This document shows, piece after piece, positions 20,167 to 29,479 of a stretch of DNA of 64,000 nt (positions are counted from its first letter, which is position 1; every line of letters begins with the position of its first letter). The DNA is from Minisyncoccota bacterium (GTDB lineage Bacteria; Patescibacteriota; Minisyncoccia; Phycocordibacterales; JABMNX01), in NCBI GenBank assembly GCA_040876885.1, contig JBBDOU010000013.1, forward strand, positions 6,033 through 70,032, read 5' to 3'. The notes below the pieces were generated by a model. It was given only the letters and a program-made list of their open reading frames with translations, made no database searches and was not told where the DNA came from. The position numbers and the translations under genes were made by a program.

Positions 20167-20907
20167 TTACCCTATCTTTACTATATCTGCGACTAGTGCA
20201 CAGTGGTCACTCACTCCACAAACCATCTCTACATTTACTGCAGAATAGCGCGGTGTGGTAAACATACCATCAACCATGAGCTCCATCGGCCCCGCTCGGT
20301 GAATTTTCCCATCAATACTGGCTGTATACTTTAGTGGCACTTCATCTCTAAAACTTTCCGCAAGAAGTGAAAATACTGGGTTCCCACGAGAGACATTAAA
20401 ATCACCTGCAAAAACCATTTCCCCCATTTTCTTTAATATGGGTAGCAATATCTCCATGTCACGTTTCTGCGCTAAATCAATCTCACCAGAGAGTGCGTCT
20501 GGAGTCCATGTAAAATGTGTCGTGCCAAGCCTATAGACTTGATTATTCTTTTGAACCTCACCTGTAATGAACACCCGGTACATTGTATCGAGATGGTTTT
20601 TTGCATCAAACTCTTTCAAAGTGCTTGAGGTACCTGAATAATACTCAGCTACAGGGTTTTGTATTTTAGTCTTAGAGAAGATTGCGACGCCAAAGATTTC
20701 ATCTGGCCCCTCTTCGATATATTTAGTCATGGGCACAAAAAAACAATCTACCGTGTTTGTAATTTCCTTAATATGAAGAATATCCCGCTCCATAACTTCC
20801 TGTAGACACAGGACATCAGGGTCTATCTTCTTTATGAAAGTTTCAATGATATCAAGGTGCTTACTACGCTCAATGTTAAGAGATACTAATTTCAAAGATG
20901 GCCCCAT
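20167..20907 (-). CDS. Endonuclease/exonuclease/phosphatase family protein
   Basis: SLNI, DVLCLQEV, GDFN, SDH motifs. Confidence 0.9.
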   Translation of the reverse strand: MGPSLKLVSLNIERSKHLDIIETFIKKIDPDVLCLQEVMERDILHIKEITNTVDCFFVPMTKYIEEGPDEIFGVAIFSKTKIQNPVAEYYSGTSSTLKEFDAKNHLDTMYRVFITGEVQKNNQVYRLGTTHFTWTPDALSGEIDLAQKRDMEILLPILKKMGEMVFAGDFNVSRGNPVFSLLAESFRDEVPLKYTASIDGKIHRAGPMELMVDGMFTTPRYSAVNVEMVCGVSDHCALVADIVKIG

Positions 20908-20913
20908 GTATCT

Positions 20914-22569
20914 TTAGCTATTTTTTATGGCCGCTTTAATAAAACCGGTAAAGAGTGGGTGTGGGTCAAGTGGACGCGCTTGAAACTCAGGATGAAACTG
21001 CGTTCCAAGAAAAAATGGATGCTCCTTTTCAGGAAGCTCTGCAATCTCCATAAGACGCTTGTCAGGTGATACGCCAGAAAAGATAAGCTCTTTTGAAGAG
21101 AGCACTTCTATATACTCAGGATTTACTTCGTACCGATGACGGTGACGCTCCTCAACTAATTCTTTACCATAAAGCTTACGAGCAAGCGTCCCCTTCTGAA
21201 GGTACGCAGGAAATGAACCAAGTCGCATCGAGCCTCCATACTCATGCTTTGCGAGTTTCTTTTTTTGATCTGGCATGATGTCAATCACTGGACTCTTTCC
21301 TTTTGGATCAATTTCAACAGTCTGCGCGTCTTTAATTCCAAGTACATTCCGGGCGTACTCTACAACCATCAACTGCATGCCGTAACACAGGCCAAAATAT
21401 GGGATCTTGTGTTCACGGGCATACTGAATCACCGCAAGTTTTCCTGCGATACCTGTTTCTCCAAATCCCCCTGGAACAATTACTCCTTTGAATTTCTTAA
21501 GCATCCCCAGGTTCTTCCTGCTTTCAAAGTCCCGTGAGTTAAGCCAATGTATCTCTGGTTCAACACCAAGCTTGTATGCAGAAAATTTAATTGCTTCTAT
21601 AACAGAAAGGTACGCATCTGAAAGCGTGAAATCTCCCGTGCCAAAATATTTCCCGACAATCGCAATAGAAACCACTTTCTTTTTCTTCTTTATTTTTCCA
21701 AGAAGACGCTTCCACTCCACGAGGTTCGTCTCGTTTGATTTTTTATGTAAATTAAGCTTTGAGAGAATAATATCTCCAAGGTGATCTCGTTCAAAATTCA
21801 CCGGCACATCATAAATACTTTCAATATCTGGGGCTGAAATTACATCTTCGCTACGGACACTGCAGGAAACGGCAATCTTTTCTTTTCGTTTTCTATCAAT
21901 TGCGAGCTCGCTTCGAGCAATGATAACGTCAGGCTGGACTCCGTATGAGTTGAGTTGTCGGATGGCGTTTTGAGTTGGTTTTGTTTTCATCTCACCTATC
22001 TTCCCCGGAATAGGAAGGTATGTCACCATAATAAACATAACGTTCCCTGGGTTTGCCATGTGCATCACTCGCGCAGCCTCTATAAACATTGCGTTCTGAA
22101 AATCCCCAACCGTTCCCCCTATTTCAATAACAGAAACCTCTGAGCCATTTACTTCAGCTGCGGACTCGATACGTCTGATGATTTCATCACGAATATGCGG
22201 AATTGCTTCTACACATTTCCCACCGTACCCGAGGTTTCTTTCTTTTTCAATAACGTGCTGGTACACCATCCCGCTCGTGATATAGTTTTCCTCTCCCAGA
22301 TCTTTCCCTAAGAAACGCTCGTAATTACCCATATCTTGGTCAGTCTCAAGACCACTTTTTAATACAAACGTTTCCCCGTGTTCAGTGGGATTCATGGTAC
22401 CTGCATCAACGTTGAGATATGGATCTATTTTTACAAGGTTAACATTAAGCCCTTTTGACTGAAGAATCTTACCGATTGAAGAGACCGCAATGCCTTTCCC
22501 TACCCCAGACATGACTCCGCCAATAACAAATATATATTTGTAGTCTTTCTTTTTCATTCTTTTTTTCAT
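20914..22569 (-). CDS. pyrG: CTP synthase
   Basis: GGVMSGVGKG, DPYLNVDAGTMNP, GLCYGMQ, ERHRHRYE, QFHPE. Confidence 0.97.
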   Translation of the reverse strand: MKKRMKKKDYKYIFVIGGVMSGVGKGIAVSSIGKILQSKGLNVNLVKIDPYLNVDAGTMNPTEHGETFVLKSGLETDQDMGNYERFLGKDLGEENYITSGMVYQHVIEKERNLGYGGKCVEAIPHIRDEIIRRIESAAEVNGSEVSVIEIGGTVGDFQNAMFIEAARVMHMANPGNVMFIMVTYLPIPGKIGEMKTKPTQNAIRQLNSYGVQPDVIIARSELAIDRKRKEKIAVSCSVRSEDVISAPDIESIYDVPVNFERDHLGDIILSKLNLHKKSNETNLVEWKRLLGKIKKKKKVVSIAIVGKYFGTGDFTLSDAYLSVIEAIKFSAYKLGVEPEIHWLNSRDFESRKNLGMLKKFKGVIVPGGFGETGIAGKLAVIQYAREHKIPYFGLCYGMQLMVVEYARNVLGIKDAQTVEIDPKGKSPVIDIMPDQKKKLAKHEYGGSMRLGSFPAYLQKGTLARKLYGKELVEERHRHRYEVNPEYIEVLSSKELIFSGVSPDKRLMEIAELPEKEHPFFLGTQFHPEFQARPLDPHPLFTGFIKAAIKNS

Positions 22570-23495
22570 CACACTTCTAAGTACCTTCTTACGGCGAGAT
22601 AACTTGATATCGCACCAAGAAGTACTCCTGTGCCTATAATGATGAGGAATATTTGTCCAAAGTTATCAAGATAGTATTGGAAAATATTTATATCGTTAAA
22701 GAACCCTTCAGTTACTGGACCGAGCCAGAGTGTCAGTGGATAAAACAAAATCAATGTGGTAATTCCCGCAACGATTCCATAGAGAACTCCTTCAAACACA
22801 AACGGGCCACGGACATATGAGTTTCCAGCCCCAACGAGCTTCATGACAGAGATCTCATCGCGCGCAGTGTAGATTGCAAGTCGAATTGTGTTAAACGTAA
22901 TCATTACTGAAGCTATCAAAAGGAAGATAATGATACCGATACCAAACTGCTCTGACGAGTCAATGATTCGAGTTAACCTATCAATTGCCACCTTATTTTG
23001 AAAAAAGTTTACCTTCTCAATAATAGCCTCCTCGCCTGCAGAAACCGCCACATCATTTTCCAAGAACGTTGCTATCCCTTCATACTGTGATGTTTCTTTC
23101 GCCCGGATGCTTAAACTCGCCCCAAGCGGGTTTTCACTTAATTCGTCAAGTGCCTGGAGAGTTAGCTGATCGTTCTCGTGGCGCAATCTAAATTCTTCAA
23201 GTGCTTGCGCTCTTGAAACATACTCAACCGAACTTACCTCAGCGAGTGCTTCTATTGATTTCTTCAATGAGAGAATACTTCCCTCATCTGCGGTCGTCAC
23301 AAAATATACATTAATATCTACTTTCTCACGGACTTGACTCAGCGTATTATTTAAAACAGCCCCGATAAAAATAAGAGAACCGATAACAAAGAGTGTTACG
23401 GTCATAACAAGAATCGTGGAGAGGGAGACAAAGCTATTTCGGATGAATCCGATTGAACCATACTTAATAATTCGCTTTGCGTTAATCCACCACAT
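22569..23495 (-). CDS. ftsX: Cell division permease FtsX
   Basis: NPLGAS, NTIRLAIY...EISVMKLVGA...RGPF; adjacent to ftsE. Confidence 0.92.
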   Translation of the reverse strand: MWWINAKRIIKYGSIGFIRNSFVSLSTILVMTVTLFVIGSLIFIGAVLNNTLSQVREKVDINVYFVTTADEGSILSLKKSIEALAEVSSVEYVSRAQALEEFRLRHENDQLTLQALDELSENPLGASLSIRAKETSQYEGIATFLENDVAVSAGEEAIIEKVNFFQNKVAIDRLTRIIDSSEQFGIGIIIFLLIASVMITFNTIRLAIYTARDEISVMKLVGAGNSYVRGPFVFEGVLYGIVAGITTLILFYPLTLWLGPVTEGFFNDINIFQYYLDNFGQIFLIIIGTGVLLGAISSYLAVRRYLEV

Positions 23496-23572
23496 AATAT
23501 ATTTACAGTATACCTTATTTTTTGATTAGACGACTTCTGGGCACACGTGGATAAGCACCCCCCTTTTCTGTT

Positions 23573-24253
23573 CTATAAGGCATATCGGCCAGATTTGTCG
23601 TCGCGTATAACACGCCCCCCATCCATTGTTATTACTCGTCGCCCTAATGAGTCAATGACACCCTTGTTGTGGGTCGTAAGAAGAACGGTGGTGCCTAAAT
23701 CATTGATTTTCTTAAGAATCTGAACGATATCAAAAGTGCTCACGGGGTCGAGGTTTCCTGTAGGCTCATCAGCAATTACCACATCTGGCTGGTTAACGAT
23801 TGCACGTGCTATTGCAACACGCTGTTGTTCACCGCCCGAGAGCTCTCGTGGGAAACTCCAAATTTTACTCCCCAAATCAACGAGATCGAGTACGTACGGA
23901 ACATCAGTTGCTATTTCTTCTTCTGAACGTCCCGCTGCTTCCATTGCAAAGGCGATATTTTCATATACGGTCTTGTTGGGAATCAACCGGAAGTCTTGAA
24001 AAACCATCCCGATGCGACGACGTAGTTTATTAAGTGCATCTCTATTTAAACTGTGAATGTTAGTCGATTCAAAAAAAATAGAACCTCCGGTTGGGCTGTC
24101 TTCTGCCAATAACATCTTAAGAAGCGTTGTCTTTCCTGCTCCAGAATGACCAACGATAGACACGAACTCGCTTGGCTCAATAGAAAGCGTGATGTCTTGT
24201 AGCGCGGGTTCGTTCCCGTTGTAAATTTTCGATACATTATCGAAGTAAATCAT
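23573..24253 (-). CDS. ftsE: Cell division ATP-binding protein FtsE
   Basis: [36 protein letters not shown]. Confidence 0.93.
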   Translation of the reverse strand: MIYFDNVSKIYNGNEPALQDITLSIEPSEFVSIVGHSGAGKTTLLKMLLAEDSPTGGSIFFESTNIHSLNRDALNKLRRRIGMVFQDFRLIPNKTVYENIAFAMEAAGRSEEEIATDVPYVLDLVDLGSKIWSFPRELSGGEQQRVAIARAIVNQPDVVIADEPTGNLDPVSTFDIVQILKKINDLGTTVLLTTHNKGVIDSLGRRVITMDGGRVIRDDKSGRYAL

Positions 24254-24279
24254 AAAAAATTCTTATTTCACTATAGAGT

Positions 24280-25161
24280 TTACTCTAGATTGTGTCCCGC
24301 GTCTATAAACACCTGTATATCTCCTTGAAGCACCGCGTCGACATCTCGCACTTCCGTGTCTGTCCGGTGGTCTTTCACTAACTTGTATGGGTGGAGTACG
24401 TAAGAACGTATCTGACTCCCCCACTCAATCTCAGTTGTCTTTGAAACCGCGAGACCGCGGGCTTCTTTCTTGCGATCTTCTTCTTGTTTGTGGAATACTT
24501 TTCCTTTGAGAATCTCAAGAGCTCGTTCTCGGTTTTGTGCTTGGGAACGTTCCGACTCAACATGCACAGAAAGATTTGTTGGGGTGTGCACAATACGAAC
24601 TGCTGTTTCCCGTTTATTTACATTTTGCCCCCCCGGACCACTTGAAGTAGAAAACTGGACTTCAAGCTCATCGTCTGAAAATTCAACCTCAGCAGTCTTT
24701 TGAAGTATCGGGACAATTTCAACCATAGAAAAAGATGTGTGACGCTGACTTTTTGCATTAAATGGCGAGAGGCGCACTAATCGGTGTACGCCTGACTCAT
24801 GCTTCAGTGTTCCGTATACCTTCTTACCAACAACTTCAAAGGTGATGTTTCGATACCCTCCATGGTCATTTGTATTTTCATGAAGAATCTTCCATGACCA
24901 CCCCTTCTGCTCACAATACCGCTGATACATTTTTACTAAGAGCGCAGAGAAGTCCTCTGCATCATCTCCTCCTGCTCCTGAGAAGATAGTAACTACCGCA
25001 TTACTTGCATCATACTTACTTCCGCCTTCTAATTCTATTTTAAGGTCTTGAATCTCTTTGATAAGGGCCTGAGCTTTATCTTTATCTTCCCAAAAAGAAG
25101 GCGCGGCCATCTGCGCTTCATAGTCATCTATCTTTTTCTGTATTTCTTCCTTAGTCGACAT
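24280..25161 (-). CDS. prfB: Peptide chain release factor 2 (N-domain shortened)
   Basis: ESGVHRLVRLSPF (SPF motif), GPGGQNVNK, WGSQIRSYVLHPY. Confidence 0.92.
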   Translation of the reverse strand: MSTKEEIQKKIDDYEAQMAAPSFWEDKDKAQALIKEIQDLKIELEGGSKYDASNAVVTIFSGAGGDDAEDFSALLVKMYQRYCEQKGWSWKILHENTNDHGGYRNITFEVVGKKVYGTLKHESGVHRLVRLSPFNAKSQRHTSFSMVEIVPILQKTAEVEFSDDELEVQFSTSSGPGGQNVNKRETAVRIVHTPTNLSVHVESERSQAQNRERALEILKGKVFHKQEEDRKKEARGLAVSKTTEIEWGSQIRSYVLHPYKLVKDHRTDTEVRDVDAVLQGDIQVFIDAGHNLE

Positions 25162-25177
25162 TACGCATTAGTATATC

Positions 25178-25335
25178 AAAAAAAATAAAAGATCTGCAGT
25201 ATCGCAGGTCTCAAGTGACGTCGCTCGTGGGAGCGTGGTGATACAAGAGCCAGATTATTCAACGCAAGAATTGCATTTACTCCACCAAAAAGACTCTTTG
25301 GGTGTATATGGGCTCCTCCCAACGAACAACGTTAT
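25178..25335 (-). ncRNA. Candidate rod-shaped sRNA (6S-like) or prfB leader
   Basis: TTGACG-17-TACTTT promoter (25368-25340), long stem with G-U pairs and large internal loops (25332-25218), terminator hairpin plus U-run (25211-25178). Confidence 0.5.
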
Positions 25336-25396
25336 ATATAAAGTACTACACGGTGAGAACTACGTCAAAACAATATGACACATGAAAAATCCTCTG

Positions 25397-25469
25397 AGCC
25401 ACCTCGCAGAATCGAACTGCGGACCTTTGCGTTACGAGTGCAATGCTCTACCAACTGAGCTAAGGTGGC
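25397..25469 (-). tRNA. tRNA-Thr(CGT)
   Basis: GCCACCT/AGGTGGC acceptor; TTGCA-CT-CGT-AA-CGCAA; CGCAG-TTCGATT-CTGCG. Confidence 0.93.
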
Positions 25470-25480
25470 GTATCATTTTG

Positions 25481-25553
25481 AGCCCAAAAGCAGGATCGAA
25501 CTGCTGACCTCTCCCCTACCAAGGGAGTGCTCTACCAACTGAGCTATCTGGGC
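25481..25553 (-). tRNA. tRNA-Thr(GGT)
   Basis: GCCCAGA/TTTGGGC acceptor; CTCCC-TT-GGT-AG-GGGAG; AGCAG-TTCGATC-CTGCT. Confidence 0.93.
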
Positions 25554-25631
25554 AACACGTATTAAGATACACTAAAATTTACAAAAAATAAACGCCATAG
25601 GAATCTGTGGCATTTATTTTTTATGTATATG

Positions 25632-25696
25632 CGCGAGTGAAGGGACTCGAACCCTCGACCTTCCGCGTGACAGGCGGACGCTACTAACCAACTGAG

Positions 25697-25706
<10 letters not shown>
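25632..25706 (-). tRNA. tRNA-Asp(GTC)
   Basis: GCGGGTG/CACTCGC acceptor; TCCGC-CT-GTC-AC-GCGGA; GAGGG-TTCGAGT-CCCTT. Confidence 0.93.
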
Positions 25707-26392
<686 letters not shown>

Positions 26393-26425
26393 CTAACCAT
26401 TTATATACAAAAAAAACGTACCTTG

Positions 26426-26499
26426 TGTCGACGGGAAGAATTGAACTTCCGACCTCAGCTTTATGAGTGCTGCGCTCTAACCAACTGAGCTACGCCGAC
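26426..26499 (-). tRNA. tRNA with CAT anticodon (probably elongator Met)
   Basis: GTCGGCG/CGTCGAC acceptor; CAGCA-CT-CAT-AA-AGCTG; GGAAG-TTCAATT-CTTCC; Met versus Ile2 not proven. Confidence 0.85.
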
Positions 26500-26576
26500 A
26501 TAGATTAAATAAAAAAGCCCTAACGAGCTCATATATAAAATACCATAAAACATAAAATCTGAACAGGTTTTATACC

Positions 26577-26594
26577 TTGCGGGAGCCGGATTCG
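26577..26594 (-). repeat. Direct copy of the tRNA-fMet 3' end
   Basis: ttgcgggagccggattcg versus ttgcgggagccggactcg at 26954-26971 (17/18). Confidence 0.85.
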
Positions 26595-26806
26595 GCGCAA
26601 CTCACATCAATATATTTTTTCACTACGTTCTAAATATATTGTGTGGCTCCTCCCCTGACTCGTCTGTCGTAAAACGACATGACTCCGTCTTTCGAGCCCG
26701 AACGAAAGCAAAGTAGCGACCAATTTTTCTTAGAGCTATGCTCTTAGAAATAATAAAAGTACTCCTGTGGTGTTTGCTTTCTCTCCTAATCAATAGATAA
26801 TACACA

Positions 26807-26882
26807 GCCACCTTAGCTCAGTTGGTAGAGTATTGCACCCGTAACGCAAAGGTCCGCAGTTCGATTCTGCGAGGTGGCTCCA
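26807..26882 (+). tRNA. Second, inverted tRNA-Thr(CGT) copy, possibly pseudo
   Basis: 71/73 identical to 25397-25469; differences C25T and T33C; encodes CCA. Confidence 0.8.
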
Positions 26883-26953
26883 ATTAAGACAGGAGATGTC
26901 GAACACAAAATAAAAATCCCTCACTGATATAGAGGGATTTTTAATGTATCTTG

Positions 26954-27024
26954 TTGCGGGAGCCGGACTCGAACCGGCGACTAGAGGTTATGAGCCTCTC
27001 GACCTACCACTGGTCCATCCCGCG
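26954..27024 (-). tRNA. Initiator tRNA-fMet(CAT)
   Basis: C1-A72 mismatch (CGCGGGA/TCCCGCA); AGAGG-CT-CAT-AA-CCTCT; GCCGG-TTCGAGT-CCGGC. Confidence 0.92.
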
Positions 27025-27101
27025 GTATATAAAAAACGCTGTAAGAGCGCTTAACAGTCAAACTATACCAAAAAAACACCTTAAAAACAACAGGAGGGTG
27101 C

Positions 27102-27692
27102 TTAGATATAGTAAAACTCCTCAAAGACCTTTCTATACAAATCTATAACCCTAATCGCTTCACGTTTTGTAAGTCCGAACCGAGAACCTTCATGCGCAAT
27201 CTTATTTCTTACTTTGTGAGCCTCCCACGCCTCATCAAGAGTTTGGAAGTCACTCTTCTCAATCCCCCGCATCTTTTCACCAAGTGTCTCCCCGGGGTAC
27301 CCCGCTCGAAACACAATATCCTCAAGAATAGTATCAGCCTCAATGATTGCTTGTCGCCAATTACTTGGGGACTCTGAATTAACGTGCTCTAACACCTGAT
27401 CCCAGCGCTCGTCTCGGTGACGTTCAACAACCTCACTTGAAACAGAAGCTTCGCTCAATGTATCAAGGCGTCCTTGCTCTTCTTTCCTTACCTGAGTGAG
27501 TCGTATGTAAGAATAAATTACCCCTGTTAAGAGCAGTAAAGAAATGACTGTTGAGACCCCCGTAACAGTATCCCAAAATAAAATAAACTCTCGTTGCGCA
27601 TCTGCAAACGTAATCCCCGAATTCCTCTTCCCAGAAAGAACCTGGTACACAAAGAGGAATAATTGCTCTAAATTGAGGTATGTGAAATCCAT
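27102..27692 (-). CDS. Conserved hypothetical membrane-anchored protein
   Basis: TM followed by WRQAIIEADTIL...GETLGEKM...AWEAHKVRNKIAHE (RxxxxH-like motif). Confidence 0.75.
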   Translation of the reverse strand: MDFTYLNLEQLFLFVYQVLSGKRNSGITFADAQREFILFWDTVTGVSTVISLLLLTGVIYSYIRLTQVRKEEQGRLDTLSEASVSSEVVERHRDERWDQVLEHVNSESPSNWRQAIIEADTILEDIVFRAGYPGETLGEKMRGIEKSDFQTLDEAWEAHKVRNKIAHEGSRFGLTKREAIRVIDLYRKVFEEFYYI

Positions 27693-27711
27693 TGAGTTAA
27701 TTAAACACTAC

Positions 27712-29124
27712 TTACCTCACTCCTTCAATGTCATAACCAACAGCAAAGAGTCTTTCTTCTTGCATATGTGGCGCAGTGAGCTGAAAACCGACAGGAAGCT
27801 TCTTCCCTTCAACATCGACATCTCCCGAAGGGACAGAGAGGGCCGGCATTCCCGTTAGGTTTGCGGTCACAGTGAAGACATCGAGAAGGTACATAGAAAT
27901 GGGGTCCTCAACCGCTCCTATCTTAGGGGCGAGTATTGGACTTGTTGGGGTTGCAATAACATCAACTGTTTTAAACACCTCCGTGTACGCATTAATGAGG
28001 AGTTTCCTGGCTGACTGGGCTTTGACATAATAGGCATCATAATAGCCAGCAGAGAGAATATGCGTACCCAAAAGAATCCTCCTTCGAACCTCAGGGCCGA
28101 ACCCTTCACTTCTTGTTCGTGAATATTCATCATCAACTCCACTTCCATCAATATGGAGACCATACCGAATCCCGTCGTATCGAGACAGATTAGTAGAAAC
28201 CTCAGCGGGCATAATTATGTAATATATTGCAAGCGCATACTCTGCATACGGCAATTCGATATCAACAATCTCATATCCCTTTGCCTCAAGTTTCTTAAGT
28301 GTCTCTTCAAAATTTAAAAGTACCGCTTCGTCAACACCCGCTGTAAGGAGACCTCTCGGCACACCTATTTTTTTCACAGTGTGTTTTTCTTTTGTATACG
28401 CAGACTCAGGTAGTGAAGTACTGTCTAAAGGATCGTGCCCTTTAAGCACATCAAAAAAAGTCTTGGCATCTTCGACAGATTTAGTAATGGGGCCAATCTG
28501 ATCAAGGGATGAACCCATGGACATGAGCCCAAACCGAGAAACCGTGCCATACGTTGTTTTAAGCCCAACTGCGCCACAAAAACTTGCGGGCTGGCGAATA
28601 GAACCTCCAGTATCTGAACCAAGAGACGCAAGTGCGCAATTTGACGCAATACTCGCAGCTGAGCCTCCCGAGGATCCTCCTGGAACACGTGACTCGTCAC
28701 ACGGATTCTTAACAGGTCCGTATGCAGAGTTTTCAGTCGATGAACCCATCGCAAACTCATCCATATTCGTGCGCCCAAGGAACACTCCTCCTTCAGCTTT
28801 AATTTTTTTTATAACAGTTGCGTCATATGGGGCGCAATACCCTTCAAGAATCTTCGATGCACCTCCCGCGAGCCTTCCTTTAATAAGCACGTTATCTTTA
28901 ATGCTGATAGGAATCCCGCACAGGCTTCCTTGCGTACCAGCGCTAATCATTGCATCTGCTTTCTTGGCCTGTTCTATAACATCAGTAAAAACCTCTCGGT
29001 ACATGTTGAGGTCTGCGTTTTTTTCAATACGAGATACGTACGCCTCTGCGAGCTCAACTGCTGAGTATTTTTTTTCATCTAAATCTTTTCTCGCCTGCGA
29101 GATGGTAAGTGTTTCAATATGCAT
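27712..29124 (-). CDS. gatA: Glutamyl/aspartyl-tRNA amidotransferase subunit A
   Basis: Amidase signature GGSSGGS, GSDTGGSIRQPA; SRYDGIRYG. Confidence 0.97.
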   Translation of the reverse strand: MHIETLTISQARKDLDEKKYSAVELAEAYVSRIEKNADLNMYREVFTDVIEQAKKADAMISAGTQGSLCGIPISIKDNVLIKGRLAGGASKILEGYCAPYDATVIKKIKAEGGVFLGRTNMDEFAMGSSTENSAYGPVKNPCDESRVPGGSSGGSAASIASNCALASLGSDTGGSIRQPASFCGAVGLKTTYGTVSRFGLMSMGSSLDQIGPITKSVEDAKTFFDVLKGHDPLDSTSLPESAYTKEKHTVKKIGVPRGLLTAGVDEAVLLNFEETLKKLEAKGYEIVDIELPYAEYALAIYYIIMPAEVSTNLSRYDGIRYGLHIDGSGVDDEYSRTRSEGFGPEVRRRILLGTHILSAGYYDAYYVKAQSARKLLINAYTEVFKTVDVIATPTSPILAPKIGAVEDPISMYLLDVFTVTANLTGMPALSVPSGDVDVEGKKLPVGFQLTAPHMQEERLFAVGYDIEGVR

Positions 29125-29145
29125 ACATTTTTCTTATTGAGCGAA

Positions 29146-29448
29146 CTATTTGTTTTGGTCTATTATCTTCTTCACTGCAATATATCCATCAATAACTAAC
29201 GGTGCTTCCTGTAATAAATCTTTTGTATAAAGACCAGTTTCGTGAGGTTCTCCGTCCTCACGTAATACGTTACGCACCACTTGGTTTTCAAGTATATTAT
29301 TATCTTCCCCACCATCAGAGATTTCTTGAATTTGTTCAATGTACGAAAGGATAGCACCAATATCAGCGTGTAGTGCCTTCTTCTCGTCTTCCGTCACAGA
29401 TATTCTGCTGAGTCGAGCTAGTTTTTCAATATTTATTTCTTCGTTCAT
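29146..29448 (-). CDS. gatC: Amidotransferase subunit C
   Basis: KLARLSRI...VLRED; upstream of gatA. Confidence 0.9.
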   Translation of the reverse strand: MNEEINIEKLARLSRISVTEDEKKALHADIGAILSYIEQIQEISDGGEDNNILENQVVRNVLREDGEPHETGLYTKDLLQEAPLVIDGYIAVKKIIDQNK

Positions 29449-29479
29449 ATATAGTTACAATATATCGCCTAGCATACCG

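Noticed and set aside
25162-25396. Upstream prfB first exon with programmed frameshift
   Set aside because: No CTT-TGA site or RF2-like upstream ORF seen; the region contains a terminator and structured RNA
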